Translations under genes and position numbers: made by a program
Notes under the pieces: model-generated
Told to the model about the DNA's origin: nothing
Seen by the model: the letters and a program-made list of their open reading frames with translations, nothing else
The model's database searches: none
Source: Trichodesmium erythraeum IMS101
GTDB taxonomy: Bacteria > Cyanobacteriota > Cyanobacteriia > Cyanobacteriales > Microcoleaceae
Reading direction: 5' to 3'
DNA length: 32,000 nucleotides
Assembly (NCBI RefSeq): GCF_000014265.1
Contig: NC_008312.1
Span: 810,001-842,000, forward strand
Shown: piece after piece, positions 24,224 through 32,000 of the stretch
How positions within the stretch are numbered: position 1 is the first letter of the stretch
Layout: the number at the start of each line of letters is the position of its first letter

Positions 24224-27200
24224 ATGAATAATAATCAACAAAGTTATCATCGTTTAATTGCACAGTTACGTCACTGCGCGGGTGAGGCAGAAGTTAAGCA
24301 GGTTTTAAATAGCTACCTTGAACTAAATACTTCGGAGTTATTAGAGGTAATGGCTCAGGAGGTTGAAGGTTTGAGAGATAATATGGACTGGGATGGGGCT
24401 AATTCTCTGTTAAGTCTGGCCCTAGAGGTGGGAGATGTGTTGGGAAGTTCTGAGAGGGAGGTTTCTCTAAGGAAGGAAATTGGGGATTTTTTGAGCAAAA
24501 TGGGGCGGCGTGAATATGAAGTTAGTCAGTTTTCTTGGGCAGTGCAGTTTTATGAACTGACTTTAAGGATATATCGAGAGATTAAGGACCGTCCAGGGGA
24601 AGTTGATGCTATTAATGGTTTGGGTAATAGTTATAGGTTTTTGAGAGAAAGGGAAAGGGCAACTGCTCTTTTTCAAGAGTCTTTGGCTATTGCTAGGGAA
24701 ATTGAATATGGCCAGGGGGAGGTTGATGGCCTCTATGGTTTAGGTGCCATGGAGCATTTTTTGGGAGAATATGAGTCGGCAAAAGCTTATGTTCAAGAGG
24801 CTTTAACTATTGCAGAGGCGATCGGGTATACAAAAGGGAAAGCTAATGCTTTTGATGGTTTGGGTCATGTTTGTGGAGGTTTGGGAGAATACGAAGAGGC
24901 GATTAATTTCTATCAACAGTCTTTACCTATCTTCCGAGAAATCAAAGATCGTAAAGAGGAAGCCAGTGTCCTGAATAATTTGGGTGCTGCTTACTATTCT
25001 TTGGGGAAATACGAAACGGCGATTAATTTCTATCAACAGTCTTTACGTATCTGCCAAGAACTCAAATATCGTAAAGGGGAAGCTTATGTTCTGAATAATT
25101 TGGGTCTTGATTACAATTCTTTGGGGCAATATGAAACGGCGATTAATTTCTTTCAACAGTCTTTACCTATCTACCGAGAAATCAAAGATCGTAAAGAGGA
25201 AGCCAATGTCCTGAAGAATTTGGATGATGCTTACTATTCTTTGGGGCAACACAAAAGGAGGATTGATGTCCTTAAACAGTCTTTACCTATCAAGCAAGAA
25301 CTCAAAGATCGTAAAGGGGAAGCCAGTGTCCTGAATAATTTGGGTGTTGCTTACCATCATGTAGGGCAATACGAAAAGGCGATTAATTTCTATCAACAGT
25401 CTTTATCTATCAATCAAGAACTCAAAGATCGTGAAGGGGAAGCCAATGTCCTGAATAATTTGGGTTATGCTTACGATAATTGGGGGCAATACGAAACGGC
25501 GATTAATTTCTATCAACAGTCTTTACCTATCTCCCGGAAAATCAAAAATCGTGAATATGAAGTTTGTGTCCTGAATAATTTGGGTGTTGCTTACTATAAG
25601 TTGGCGCAATACGAAAGGGCGATTAATTCCTATCAACGGTCTTTACCTATCTCCCGGGAAATCAAAAATCGTGAATATGAAGTTTGTGTCCTGAATAATT
25701 TAGGGGATGCCAACTACTATCTAGGACAACACCAAGAAGCCATCGACCTTTACCACAAATCTCTCGCCATCTCCCAAAAATACCAATACCGTTGGGCAGA
25801 AGCAGACTCCCGCAACGGTCTAGGCCGCATCTACTACTCCCAGGAAAAATACCAACCTGCCCTAGAATTTTATCAAGAATGCTTTGCCATCAAAGCAGAA
25901 ATAGGAGACATTCCCGGAGAAGCCAAAGGCCGAACCAACGTCGCCCTCGCCTACAAATCCCTCCAAGAACCCCAACGAGCCATCGAATTCCTCCAACAGT
26001 CCTTAGAAATTTTCCAACAAATCTCCGACCCAGAAGGACAAGCAGACTGCCAAAATCACTTAGGAGTAGCCTACCAAGACCTAAAACAACACCAACAAGC
26101 CAGAAATCACTACCAAGCATCCCTGGAAATAGCCACCCCCGAAGGAATGCCCACAATTTGCCTCAATGCCGGCCAAAACTATGGCCACCTAGAATTTCAA
26201 GAAAACAACTGGTCAGCAGCGATCGCTCCCTACCAAAAAGCCATCGAAGCAGCAGAAATACTGCGAGTCCGTTCCCTCACCGATAACCGCCGGCAAAAAG
26301 TAATGATTGATGCCATAGAAATATACGCCAACACCATCCAATGCCACATCAACCTCCAACAATACGACCTCGCCCTCGAATACACCGAACGTTACCGCTG
26401 TAAACAACTAGTAGACCTAATAGCCAGTAAAGACCTCTACCAAGACGAGAAAATGCCCGAAAAGGTGAGAAACCTAATGCAAGAATTCGAAAAACTCCAA
26501 GGGCAAATAGAAAACATTCGCGATCGCGACACCAGGGAAGACAGTAACAATAACCGCAGTAGCATCCTCCCCGCAACCAGATATTGGCGTGCCCAAAACG
26601 AAATTCGCAACAAAAGCATCATCGAAAAGGAAATCGCAAAAAGAAAAATCTTGGAACAAATCAGAAAACAAGACCCAGTCATCGCCCAAGGCATCCAAGT
26701 AGCCCACCTAAAATTTAGCCAACTGCAACAACTCATCAACAACGAACATAGTGCCATCCTCAGTTTTTACAGCACCAAAACCGACACCCACATATTCATC
26801 CTGCGGCAAAACAGCATCCAGCTCCACTCCTGTCCCCAGCAAGGCAGAGACAACCTGCAACAATGGCTCAAAGAAAACTGGTTCAACCTCTACGTACCCG
26901 ACAAAAACAAAAACGACAACGAGAACAAAGAAAACTACCAAAAATGGCAGCAACAAATGCCCGACCTTCTCGCAGAACTAGCCAACCGCTTAAACATCCA
27001 AAAACTGATCCAGAATCACCTAGAAGATATCGAGGAACTGATCCTCATCCCCCACCAGCAACTACACCTAATCCCCCTAGGCGCCCTGCCCATCAGTGAT
27101 AGCGAATATCTCCATGACAAATACCTCATTCGCACCTTAGCCAGTTGCCAGATCCTGAGTTTTTGCCAAGACCGCGTTCAACTCCAAACAGCTCCCACCT

Positions 27201-28024
27201 ACGGCATCGTGGAAAACACACAACTCGACCTACCCTTCAGCCAATTAGAAGCCGAAACCGTCGCCCAACTATGTCAAGTCAGCCCCGACAAACATCTCCA
27301 AGGAGCAGAAGCCACAGTCCCCAAATACAGAGAACTCTTAAAACAAATCAACCGACTCCTATCGAGTCATCACGCCGTATCTCGAATAGACAACAACCTA
27401 GAGTCAGCCCTCATGCTAGCCGAAAACCAAAAAATAACCTTAGGAGAACTCCTCACCCCCGCCTATCGTTTCCCGGAATTAGAAGAAGTATTCCTCTCGT
27501 GCTGCGAAACCAACCTAGGCACCCCCCAACCCACCGACGACATGCTCACCCTGAATACAGGTTTCCTATCTGCAGGTGCCCGTGGAGTGATCAGCACCCT
27601 CTGGGAAGTAGATGACTTAGCATCCTGCATTTTTTCCATTATCTATCACCGACTGCGGGCAGAAGGTATAGACAGAGTCAGGGCAGTGCAAAAAACCCAA
27701 CAAACCATGGTCAAGATGACAGAAAAGCAACTCCAACAAGAAATCAAAACATTCAAAAAGCAACAGAAAAAAAGATACAAAAGGGAATTAGAAGCACTCA
27801 CCGAGGAACAAAGGGACCTCGAAACTCAAGAACCTCAAAGCAAAGATTCTCCAGAATACCAAGCCTGGAAGGAAAAGCTAAATAATGCCATCCAAAAATA
27901 CGTTCGCAAAGACCAAGAACAACGGGAGTTTGAACTTCGCTTAAAAGAAGCCCGCAAAAGAGAATATCCATTTTCCCATCCAGTGTATTGGAGTAGTTTT
28001 ATTTGTGCAGGTTTGAGAGATTAA
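24224..28024 (+). CDS. TPR-repeat / CHAT-domain (caspase-like) protease, 1,266 aa
   Basis: There are about 14 consecutive 40-aa TPR-type units (…AINFYQQSLPI.REIKDRKGEA.VLNNLG.AY..LGQYE…). A helical middle region follows, then a C-terminal CHAT domain with the His (LLSSHHAVS) and Cys (EVFLSCCETNLG) dyad contexts and the terminal HPVYWSSFICAG motif. I prefer the ATG at 24224; GTG at 24215 is an alternative. Confidence 0.9.
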   Translation: MNNNQQSYHRLIAQLRHCAGEAEVKQVLNSYLELNTSELLEVMAQEVEGLRDNMDWDGANSLLSLALEVGDVLGSSEREVSLRKEIGDFLSKMGRREYEVSQFSWAVQFYELTLRIYREIKDRPGEVDAINGLGNSYRFLRERERATALFQESLAIAREIEYGQGEVDGLYGLGAMEHFLGEYESAKAYVQEALTIAEAIGYTKGKANAFDGLGHVCGGLGEYEEAINFYQQSLPIFREIKDRKEEASVLNNLGAAYYSLGKYETAINFYQQSLRICQELKYRKGEAYVLNNLGLDYNSLGQYETAINFFQQSLPIYREIKDRKEEANVLKNLDDAYYSLGQHKRRIDVLKQSLPIKQELKDRKGEASVLNNLGVAYHHVGQYEKAINFYQQSLSINQELKDREGEANVLNNLGYAYDNWGQYETAINFYQQSLPISRKIKNREYEVCVLNNLGVAYYKLAQYERAINSYQRSLPISREIKNREYEVCVLNNLGDANYYLGQHQEAIDLYHKSLAISQKYQYRWAEADSRNGLGRIYYSQEKYQPALEFYQECFAIKAEIGDIPGEAKGRTNVALAYKSLQEPQRAIEFLQQSLEIFQQISDPEGQADCQNHLGVAYQDLKQHQQARNHYQASLEIATPEGMPTICLNAGQNYGHLEFQENNWSAAIAPYQKAIEAAEILRVRSLTDNRRQKVMIDAIEIYANTIQCHINLQQYDLALEYTERYRCKQLVDLIASKDLYQDEKMPEKVRNLMQEFEKLQGQIENIRDRDTREDSNNNRSSILPATRYWRAQNEIRNKSIIEKEIAKRKILEQIRKQDPVIAQGIQVAHLKFSQLQQLINNEHSAILSFYSTKTDTHIFILRQNSIQLHSCPQQGRDNLQQWLKENWFNLYVPDKNKNDNENKENYQKWQQQMPDLLAELANRLNIQKLIQNHLEDIEELILIPHQQLHLIPLGALPISDSEYLHDKYLIRTLASCQILSFCQDRVQLQTAPTYGIVENTQLDLPFSQLEAETVAQLCQVSPDKHLQGAEATVPKYRELLKQINRLLSSHHAVSRIDNNLESALMLAENQKITLGELLTPAYRFPELEEVFLSCCETNLGTPQPTDDMLTLNTGFLSAGARGVISTLWEVDDLASCIFSIIYHRLRAEGIDRVRAVQKTQQTMVKMTEKQLQQEIKTFKKQQKKRYKRELEALTEEQRDLETQEPQSKDSPEYQAWKEKLNNAIQKYVRKDQEQREFELRLKEARKREYPFSHPVYWSSFICAGLRD
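24885..25710 (+). repeat. seven near-identical in-frame 120-nt tandem units (TPR units 4-10 of the CHAT gene)
   Basis: GATTAATTTCTATCAACAGTCTTTACCTATC recurs exactly every 120 nt, at 24901, 25021, 25141, 25261 (diverged), 25381, 25501 and 25621. Units 9 and 10 share an identical 50-nt block coding NREYEVCVLNNLG. Confidence 0.9.
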
Positions 28025-28103
28025 AGACAGGGAGTGTTTAATTTCTTCAACCTAGGTCTGGCTGAGGGAGGAAAACCAATTACAATAAAATTTTTCAGGA
28101 GTA

Positions 28104-28132
28104 TTGACTTAATCCTAGAATAAGGATATTAT
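28104..28132 (+). promoter_or_regulatory. candidate sigma-70-type promoter upstream of the DUF2817 gene
   Basis: TTGACT (28104-28109) and TATTAT (28127-28132) are separated by a 17-nt spacer. The site lies ~200 nt upstream of the ATG at 28332. Matches like this arise easily by chance in AT-rich DNA. Confidence 0.3.
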
Positions 28133-28331
28133 AAATTAATAAGCATACTATTACACTGCTAATACTTATAAATAAAATCCATAAGAACTAAGCTCAAACT
28201 TAATAATAAGCATAAAAGCCTGATGTCTCAACACGCAGGTGATAGCAGGTAGTGTTCAACTGGGGGTTAAGCTTGACCGAATGCACCTGACCGGAATGGT
28301 TGTAAACCTACTATTCTATTAAATTTATATT

Positions 28332-29417
28332 ATGATGACTTCACAATTCTATAGTTCAAAATATTTCTCTGAAACTTATAACGAAGCCAGAAATAAATTT
28401 TGTGATGCCGCAAAAGCTGCAAATGCAAAACTTGAAACAATCGAATTATATTCTCAAAATTGCCCAAATAATTCTTTATATACTGATATAGCATGGTTAG
28501 GAAATTCCAAGCCTCATAATGTAATCTTGCATTCTTCAGGTTTACATGGAGTCGAGGGGTTTGCTGGTTCAGCAATACAAACCTGTCTCTTAAAAAATTT
28601 ACCCGTTTTAAGGGATGAAGATGCATTAATTCTAGTACATTGTTTAAATCCTTATGGAATGATCAACTTGCGTCGTGTTAATGCTTCAAACGTTGATTTA
28701 AATCGAAACTTTTTATTTTCCAGTGACGAGTATACCGGTTCTCCAGATATCTATAGTAAGATTAACTCCTTAATTAACCCTGACTCTCCTCCAGCATTTG
28801 ATTTATTTTTTCTCAGAGCATTAGCAATAATTCTAAAATATGGTTTTGTAGCTGTTAAGCAAGCAGTAGCAAATGGTCAATATGATTTTCCCAAAGGATT
28901 ATTTTTTGGTGGAATAGAACTTCAGGAAGAATTAGTAAATTATAAGGAGTGGCTTCTCAAAAACTTACCTTTAGTCAAAAATATTTGTGCCATAGACGTT
29001 CATACAGGTTTAGGTCGTTTTGCCGATGATTTACTTCTTATAGAAGAAAATTGTTCTCATTCAGATTTGGAAAAACTGCAAAAACACTTTGGTAAAGAAA
29101 GAATAAAAACACTAAATCCCAATAAATCTGTAGCTTATAGCATAAAAGGTAGTATCTCTGAAGCTATTCCTCAACTTTTAAATCAAGCAAAAGTTAATTT
29201 ATTAACACAAGAATTTGGCACTGTTTCACCTATTTCGGTTCTTTTTGCATTACGAGAGGAAAATAGAAATTATTATTATAGTAAAAATGATCAGTCCTAT
29301 TCATCAGTTAAGACTAGACTTAAAGAGGCTTTTTACCCTTCTTCAAATATATGGAGAAAAAAAGTTTTGTTGAAAGGAGTTCAATTAGTACACCAATCAA
29401 CTAAATTTATCTCTTAA
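28332..29417 (+). CDS. DUF2817 / M14-like (succinylglutamate desuccinylase-aspartoacylase superfamily) protein
   Basis: In this 361-aa ORF, VILHSSGLHGVEGFAGSAIQ..LL, LVHCLNPYG and NVDLNRNF match the DUF2817 pattern as I recall it, with zinc-ligand-like H and E retained. Confidence 0.65.
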   Translation: MMTSQFYSSKYFSETYNEARNKFCDAAKAANAKLETIELYSQNCPNNSLYTDIAWLGNSKPHNVILHSSGLHGVEGFAGSAIQTCLLKNLPVLRDEDALILVHCLNPYGMINLRRVNASNVDLNRNFLFSSDEYTGSPDIYSKINSLINPDSPPAFDLFFLRALAIILKYGFVAVKQAVANGQYDFPKGLFFGGIELQEELVNYKEWLLKNLPLVKNICAIDVHTGLGRFADDLLLIEENCSHSDLEKLQKHFGKERIKTLNPNKSVAYSIKGSISEAIPQLLNQAKVNLLTQEFGTVSPISVLFALREENRNYYYSKNDQSYSSVKTRLKEAFYPSSNIWRKKVLLKGVQLVHQSTKFIS

Positions 29418-30297
29418 TACTTATTATTACCTTATTAATAAAGAACTTTAACTATAGCTATACAATAAACTATACACTATAAATTAAAACAAAACTCAAA
29501 CATTTAAAGAGCTGTAAAACAAGCTTTGCAAATCTTAGAGTAAAATTAAAAAAACCAATTTTTTTATTTGTTTCATCAATAAAACTAGATGAAAGACAAA
29601 CAAATTGTCCTGACTGTGGTTTATCAATCTTATTGAGACTTAAACGCCAGTATAAATTTAAGAAATGCGGTTAGCTGGACCGTGAATGCCTGTGGATGAG
29701 TCACTGCCGACGGCCTCAGTTGAAGCAGGAAGTAAACATCAATTTGTCCGTTATGTGAGGCTTTGTATCAGTTTTATAGAGCAGGCCTATTAATATTCTT
29801 AGACTATTCAATGACAGAGTTAACAAAAATGACTATGTACTCACTCCTTTAGCCTAAGTATTTGTACCAAAAATTGATATTTCTCGTGTTAAGACTTACG
29901 TATTAAGACTTACGCACGCAGATAAAACGATACATCGTTTGCAGGGAGTTCCTCACTATATATAGTGGTTATGCATCCTGTTATCATAACTGAGTATCCA
30001 AATTTGATCTGACTGAGTTTGAGAATTTATAAAAGTCCGCGCCCTGTTTGCATAGTACTATATTACTAGACCAACACAGCTAAAATATTGCCATAAGCGT
30101 AAGTAGAGTTTCAGAACTTAGCCAGATATCATGATATGAATTCCCATGCATGAATGCTATGCTTAGGCAAAAATTCAGAAATTTAAGTAATTAACACAAA
30201 AGGAATAACTTTTTTATACCATTAACGCTCTTGAATTTTGTTAATTATTATTATGTTATGTGAACATTGTATACAGCATCCTTATTGCCACTTTGTC

Positions 30298-30419
30298 ACA
30301 CCCCATAACCCCATACCCTCAAACCCTCACAGTTTTATACCCTCACACCCTCAAACCCTCAAACCCTCAAACCCTCACACCCTCAAACCCTCACAGTTTT
30401 ATACCCTCACACCCCCCCA
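30298..30419. repeat. C-rich octamer tandem repeat tract (CCCTCA[A/C]A)n with a ~60-nt higher-order repeat
   Basis: Positions 30298-30419 read CACCCCATAACCCCATA CCCTCAAA CCCTCACAGTTTTATA CCCTCACA CCCTCAAA CCCTCAAA CCCTCAAA CCCTCACA CCCTCAAA CCCTCACAGTTTTATA CCCTCACA CCCCCCC. The motif CCCTCACAGTTTTATACCCTCACACCC occurs twice. The complementary strand carries GGG runs spaced by 5 nt. Confidence 0.9.
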
Positions 30420-30598
30420 CTAAAGAAAATGCAAAAAAATTTTTGAGAAATGGCATTAGAATAATTCACAACACCAAAAAAAATGAGGTAGGTATCTGGG
30501 TTTAACTTTTATCTTTAAGGGCCTATATTTGAAATGGAGTTGATATAATAACAAAAGTTAAATTTAATTAAGATTAATAGTAAATCTGAAGATTTTCT

Positions 30599-31864
30599 AT
30601 GCAACGACCAATTGGTATTGATTTATTTGCAGGCGCAGGAGGTATGACTCTTGGATTTGAACAAGCAGGATTTGATATACCTATTTCCGTAGAATTAGAC
30701 CCTATTCACTGTGCTATTCATAAGTTTAATTTTCCCTTTTGGTCCATATTATGTCGTAATGTTGTCGAACTCACAGGGAATGAAATTAGAGAGAAATTAA
30801 ATATTCCAAATAGAGAAATTGATGTAATTTTTGGAGGTCCTCCATGTCAAGGATTTTCTCAGATTGGAAAACGTGCTTTAGACGATCCTCGAAATGCGCT
30901 TATATCTCATTTTTTACGAATAGTTTTGGAATTAAAACCCAAATATTTTGTCATAGAAAATGTTAAAGGTTTAACTGTAGGAAAACATCAAATTTTTCTT
31001 GAGGAAGTTATTAATAAATTATCTAAAAATAGTTATCAACTACAACTGCCTTACCAAGTTTTAAATGCTGCTAATTATGGTGTACCACAACACCGAGAAA
31101 GATTATTTATACTAGGATGTAAAAAAGGTTTAAAATTACCAAATTATCCACAAATTCAAATACATAAAAAATCAGAAGCCTATATAAATGTCTGGGATGC
31201 AATAGGAGATTTACCAGAAGTAGAAAATTATCCAGAATTATTAGAAATAGACTGGGTAAAAGCAGAAAATGACTATGATAAACCAAGTGAATATGCTAAA
31301 AAACTCCGTGGAATTGAATATTTTAACAATGATTATTCTTATGAACGTGAATACGACCAGACAATATTAACCTCTAGTTTACGCACAAAACATACACAAC
31401 AATCAATAGCAAGATTTGATGCTACAGCACAAGGAAAAACTGAGCCAGTAAGTCGCTTTTATAAACTGAATCCTCACGGTATTTGTAACACACTCAGAGC
31501 AGGGACTCCAAGTAGTAGAGGTTCATATACTTCTCCTAGACCAATACATCCATTGACACCCAGATGTATCACAGTTAGAGAAGCAGCAAGACTACATTCA
31601 TATCCTGATTGGTTTAGATTTCATGTGACAAAATGGCATGGTTTTAGACAAGTAGGTAATTCAGTTCCACCACTATTAGCAAAAGCAGTTGCTCAAGAAA
31701 TTATTCATGCTTTAAATATTCAACCATTTAAACCTACAAAGACAGAATATGAGTTAGAAAATCTCAAAAATTTAGAGCTTAATATGTCTAGAGCCGCCGA
31801 TTTATATGGTATTGATAGATATACTATTGCACCCAGACTAAGAAAGTTAAAATTAAATAATTAA
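30599..31864 (+). CDS. DNA (cytosine-5)-methyltransferase
   Basis: The 421-aa ORF has motif I DLFAGAGG, motif IV GGPPCQGFS, motif VI ENVKGL, motif VIII QHRERLFILG and motif X GNSVPPLLA. A variable target-recognition region separates VIII from IX/X, and there is a ~60-aa C-terminal extension. Confidence 0.9.
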   Translation: MQRPIGIDLFAGAGGMTLGFEQAGFDIPISVELDPIHCAIHKFNFPFWSILCRNVVELTGNEIREKLNIPNREIDVIFGGPPCQGFSQIGKRALDDPRNALISHFLRIVLELKPKYFVIENVKGLTVGKHQIFLEEVINKLSKNSYQLQLPYQVLNAANYGVPQHRERLFILGCKKGLKLPNYPQIQIHKKSEAYINVWDAIGDLPEVENYPELLEIDWVKAENDYDKPSEYAKKLRGIEYFNNDYSYEREYDQTILTSSLRTKHTQQSIARFDATAQGKTEPVSRFYKLNPHGICNTLRAGTPSSRGSYTSPRPIHPLTPRCITVREAARLHSYPDWFRFHVTKWHGFRQVGNSVPPLLAKAVAQEIIHALNIQPFKPTKTEYELENLKNLELNMSRAADLYGIDRYTIAPRLRKLKLNN

Positions 31865-32000
31865 TTAATAATTAGTCAGTTAATTTAGGAGTATATTATA
31901 TCACAATAAAAATTATAAAAAATGGAGATTATAACAAAATAAGATAATTTTTATTTATAGATAAATATGGATAAAAACCAGAAGTAAATCAAATAAGCTT

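Noticed and set aside
24885-25710. A highly regular direct repeat array that could be mistaken for a CRISPR array.
   Set aside because: The period is 120 nt with no unique spacers. The repeats are contiguous, in frame and encode TPR units of a long ORF. No cas genes are present in the window.
25792-27615. A cluster of ten overlapping ORFs of 64-164 aa on both strands inside the CHAT gene (for example 25792-26286 +, 25890-26156 -, 26437-26757 - and 27145-27615 +).
   Set aside because: They lie exactly in the T/G-depleted patch, where stop codons are rare in every frame. Their translations are low-complexity (R/P/S-rich or L/F/G-rich), and the TPR-CHAT frame has clear domain homology. They are compositional artefacts.
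24224-28024. Possibility that the TPR-CHAT gene is Csx29 of a type III-E (Craspase) CRISPR system.
   Set aside because: No gRAMP/Cas7-11, other cas gene or CRISPR array lies within 32 kb. The protein is also much larger, with a long TPR array, than Csx29 as I recall it. Only the architectural analogy is kept, in finding 1.
29590-29850. Zinc-ribbon-like coding remnants (ERQTNCPDCGLSILLRLKRQYKFKKCG followed by a stop, and later TSICPLCEALYQFY...) in the spacer upstream of the methyltransferase.
   Set aside because: The frames are interrupted by stops after fewer than 30 codons, and I cannot assign a family. They are mentioned only as possible gene decay in finding 13.
30238-30505. Two ORFs (61 and 81 aa) with proline- and histidine-rich repetitive translations.
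   Set aside because: They are simply translations of the CCCTCA(A/C)A octamer repeat tract. They have no SD, and their open frames result from the lack of T-rich stop codons in the tract.

Overview
The window is AT-rich cyanobacterial chromosome. I counted 16 copies of the HIP1 octamer GCGATCGC by eye, and psbC and ycf4 are present. By my own ORF arithmetic about 28% of the window is ORF-free. There are several 0.6-1.2 kb AT-rich spacers, which resembles a Trichodesmium-like filamentous marine cyanobacterium; that is an inference I could not verify by search.

Positions 1-15,100 are mostly housekeeping genes:
- an AIM24/DUF124 protein plus an M48 protease
- a TauE/SafE exporter
- a KAS-type ketoacyl-ACP synthase plus a lipoprotein cyclophilin
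- ycf4 divergent from a stand-alone psbC
- an FMO that looks like trimethylamine monooxygenase
- cobyrinate a,c-diamide synthase
- a ureidoglycolate-lyase-like cupin
- a small transaldolase/FSA-type aldolase

Positions 15,700-32,000 are an accessory or conflict-type island:
- an orphan AtzG-like (DUF4089) gene and an internally deleted IS1-family relic
- a translationally coupled pair of a membrane coiled-coil protein and a pentapeptide-repeat protein
- a divergent intergenic region holding a tandemly duplicated leader and an Rpn gene fragment
- an ECF-like sigma-factor-like ORF and a DUF1822 ORF
- a NYN/LabA-like RNase-domain protein, a solitary XisI and an Rpn (PD-(D/E)XK) nuclease with a duplicated degenerate tail
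- a 1,266-aa TPR-CHAT protease
- a DUF2817/M14-like protein
- a C-rich octamer repeat tract and a C5 DNA methyltransferase

The most interesting signals are these:
1. A TPR-CHAT protease lies near an ECF-like sigma ORF and a DUF1822 ORF with no CRISPR-Cas genes present, which parallels the Craspase-Csx30-RpoE logic.
2. An abrupt in-frame switch in codon usage and strand composition occurs inside the TPR-CHAT gene, indicating a mosaic gene.
3. Several families of repeats and gene fragments point to repeated recombination in this island.

I recognised no rRNA, tRNA or CRISPR array.
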